Shown in pieces: positions 61,252-64,000 of a DNA stretch of 64,000 nt. Origin of the DNA: Adineta vaga (taxonomy: Eukaryota; Animalia; Rotifera); the NCBI GenBank assembly GCA_021613535.1, contig CP075494.1, positions 2,976,001-3,040,000 on the forward strand, read 5' to 3'. The notes below the pieces were generated by a model. It worked only from the letters and a program-made list of their open reading frames with translations, ran no database searches and was not told the DNA's origin. The first letter of the stretch is position 1, and every line of letters starts with the position of its first letter. The position numbers and the translations under genes are program-made.

Positions 61252-62391
61252 TTAAACAAGAGGATAACTAGCATTGGTAGCAATACCACATTGATTATTT
61301 TTATTTCTACTCATCCAAATATATCCGTTTTGTCCCCAGGAAGTTCCCCAAGAGTTTTTAACAATATAATAAAGTTGACTATCTGTTTCATTAAAACCCA
61401 CAACTAAAGCACAATGATCAAGTTGAGTTGATGAACATTTTGGTTCATCATAAACACCAGATTTATAAAATTGAAATGATGGTTGTGAAGCATCAATAAA
61501 AACTGCTATGGGACCTCTAATTGCAATAGCATATGTTAAAGCATTTTCATCATTTGATTTTATATCACGAAAGCCCTACGACGAGAAATAATAACTAAAT
61601 CTTTTTCATATAGATAAAATGAAATATTTACAGTTGAATTAGCACCAATATTTGTACGATTAAATCGACATTTACCGTCGTGTGCTTCATATGGATAACT
61701 TTCTTCTGTATCAATTCCACCATTGATTTTAATATATTGAAAAGCAAAATCGATCATTCCTCCATTACAACCAGCATTACCAAAACTATCTGAACAATCG
61801 ATTAGATTTTGTGCAGAAAGTGAAATTAATTCTCTTGCTTGATGAAAATGTTGACCTTCAAGTGAACCCGTTGCTGCAAAAGCCCAACTTGAACCACATT
61901 CACCTTGATTTTGAACTGGTGTAACAGCACCTTCTTGACGCCAATCTAAAATATGATAGTATTGTATTTAGAAAATCTTCTAGAAATCGATTACCAACAG
62001 AACGTGGAACATTCATATGTAATGAACGATGATCCACATTAGATCTTGTAGTTTTTGTTGATATTTTAATCGGATTCATTTGGTTTTGAAATTCTTTATG
62101 AGTCTACTCAAATAATAAGGAAATTCTAATTGAAAGGAAAATTTCATACCATATCACCAAATTGATTTATTCCTAATCGATAACTATATTTCCCTAAATC
62201 AGCTTGAAAATTATGTTCATTAATTGTAATTAAATTAATTTCCCAAATATTTCGTCTATTTAAATACGAAAAAAAGTGTAAACTACAAAACAATTTTTTT
62301 TTATTCACCGAATTATTTCTTCTTCTATGGAAACGTATTGTTTTTCATAAGTGTATTTATATAAATTCCATTCATTGTCAAGATATTCATT
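61252..62391 (-). CDS. Cathepsin L-like papain-family (C1A) protein with catalytic Cys replaced by Ser
   Basis: Five exons; signal peptide; ERWNIN and GINQFGDM propeptide motifs; [21 protein letters not shown] (AGT at 61887-61889); GCNGG; LDHC; KNSWG; ends [12 protein letters not shown]. Confidence 0.92.
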
Positions 62392-63220
62392 TAATATTAA
62401 CGCACCATAAACATGAATGAATAGAAAACAAAGGATAATAATAGTTTTCATTTTAATAAATACTGTTTAGATACTTAGTTATTTATATATGATTTATCAT
62501 GTGTTTTTTCACCATCATCATCATTATATGCATCGCAAAGATAACATGAAAATGATGATATTACTCAAGGACAAAAGACGAAGGAAAGAAATATTTTGAA
62601 AGATGCAGAAAACGATGACGAATCTTTCTATGGTATATTCAGTCTAATTGACAGATTCCTCGATGGTTTTATATGGAAAAGAGTGGTGTCACATATTCTG
62701 CAGATCGGGGATGCACCCTCATTCGTATGTAATAACAGAACGTTGTCTTTTCAGCTTCTGCTCGTTGTCGAGCACTTCCAGTAATGGCAAACAAAGCAGA
62801 ATAAGAAGTATCTGTTAATTTCTCGATTAACTTCCCCCCTCCCTCTATTTCATGAATAATTGTGACAATCATACAAAATAGTGAGATCTGTACTGAGACC
62901 GAAAATTCCTCTTTTATCACAATGATTGAAAAGTTTTTATAATGGAAAACTGACCGCGAATTTGAATTGAATCGTATCAAAACAATCATTACGATCGATT
63001 GAAATTATTTTTATAATACATTTGACTATCTGCTGTTAGTTCCGACGATTAATTCTATTCAATCTTTAGGGGGTTGTCTTCCGCATCCTCATCTTTCACA
63101 CTCTTCTTTCTGCAGATAAACATTGGACTATCATACAAAAAACAAAAAAGGGCTGCTTGTTATCAATTGTATTAAATAACAATCATTTTCAAACAATTAT
63201 ATGAGAAGAAGCATCGTATT

Positions 63221-64000
63221 CTAGTCTGATTCTGTATGTCGTAAGCTGTCATCATTGATAGATGCTTGTTTAATAAATTGTACTATACCACTATTACCAA
63301 ATTGCATCCATCCCCAACCGGATTTGGTTTGTAACATTTCTTCACGTACACGTTGTCGAAATTGTTTTGCCTCTTTAATATTTAACCATAGATTTGGTAA
63401 GAATGATAGAATTTTTTCTATAATTAAATCACATAATTGTCGTTGTACTTGTACAGTATTATCTGCATTCAATACTTGTAAACCTATTTCATTTAATACC
63501 TCATATATCTGCTCATAATAACCAAAACATAGATTTGAACTGTCCAATGGAATTGGATATTGTAGATCAACAATAAAAAAGTTTAAAAATGTACGACGAC
63601 AATTTTTGTTAGATAAATTATGCATCTGACGAAATCGATGTGGAGTACAATTTTCAAAAACAATTCCACAGCCAGTATAAACATTTGTTTCATGGCAAGT
63701 ACTTGGTGATGCTTCTTCTGAACGAAATTTAAGTGCACCACCTTGCAAATTACTATCGACATGTAAATAATAAACTCCACCGGCAACAATATTTTCAGTT
63801 TGACCTTCAGTATGCCATCGACCAGAATATTTCATACCTAGATTTACAAGAAAAATAAATAGATAACGAAGCAAAATTTTTATTCTTACCTGGTTTTATA
63901 TTATAACTTTGTACTTTAACGATAACTTGCAATTCAATTTGATCATTTTCATCTAATCCTAAACATTTAATCTCGCGAAACATAGGTAACATCTTCGAAA
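63221..64000 (-). CDS. DUF4246-like putative 2OG-Fe(II) oxygenase (5' partial)
   Basis: LQVIVKVQSYNIKPG|MKYSGRWHTEGQTENIVAGGVYY across intron 63838-63889; VFENCTPHR and RRTFLNFFIVD give an HxE...H...R pattern. Confidence 0.7.

Noticed and set aside
62590-63000. Short ORFs between the cathepsin and the DUF4246-like gene
   Set aside because: Non-ATG starts, no motifs, no consistent exon structure.
1-64000. tRNA, rRNA or other structured RNA genes
   Set aside because: No cloverleaf, box A/B or rRNA-like GC-rich segment recognised by eye; tRNAscan-SE and Infernal would be needed to exclude them.

Overview
AT-rich (roughly 30% GC) eukaryotic DNA with compact genes and mostly 45-65 nt GT-AG introns. 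The gene repertoire (intronless divergent 7TM receptors, F-box/LRR, ART-like+TPR, NHL and FG-GAP remnants, many non-metazoan-type enzymes) points to a bdelloid rotifer (Adineta/Rotaria-like); this is an inference from family content. About 20 apparently intact genes are mixed with at least 8 pseudogene fragments, a deleted Tc1-type transposon, possible LTR/hAT remnants and a 1.74 kb duplication carrying a methyltransferase. The main candidate system is a ~15 kb run (9.6-24.2 kb) of mostly microbial-type genes that now carry introns: an FAD monooxygenase, an ABCB1-type exporter, a DUF2252-pseudokinase/hydroxybenzoate-hydroxylase fusion, a secreted GDSL esterase and two secreted quercetinase-like cupins. 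Together they could form an animal phenolic/flavonol catabolism and detoxification cluster. Other notable items are a cathepsin L with its catalytic Cys replaced by Ser, a circularly permuted CBM-like domain, a fungal-type GHKL-DUF3684-HExxH gene with one frameshift, and recurrent telomere-like GGGTGTGGG motifs. All family assignments come from motif recognition by eye; no searches were run.
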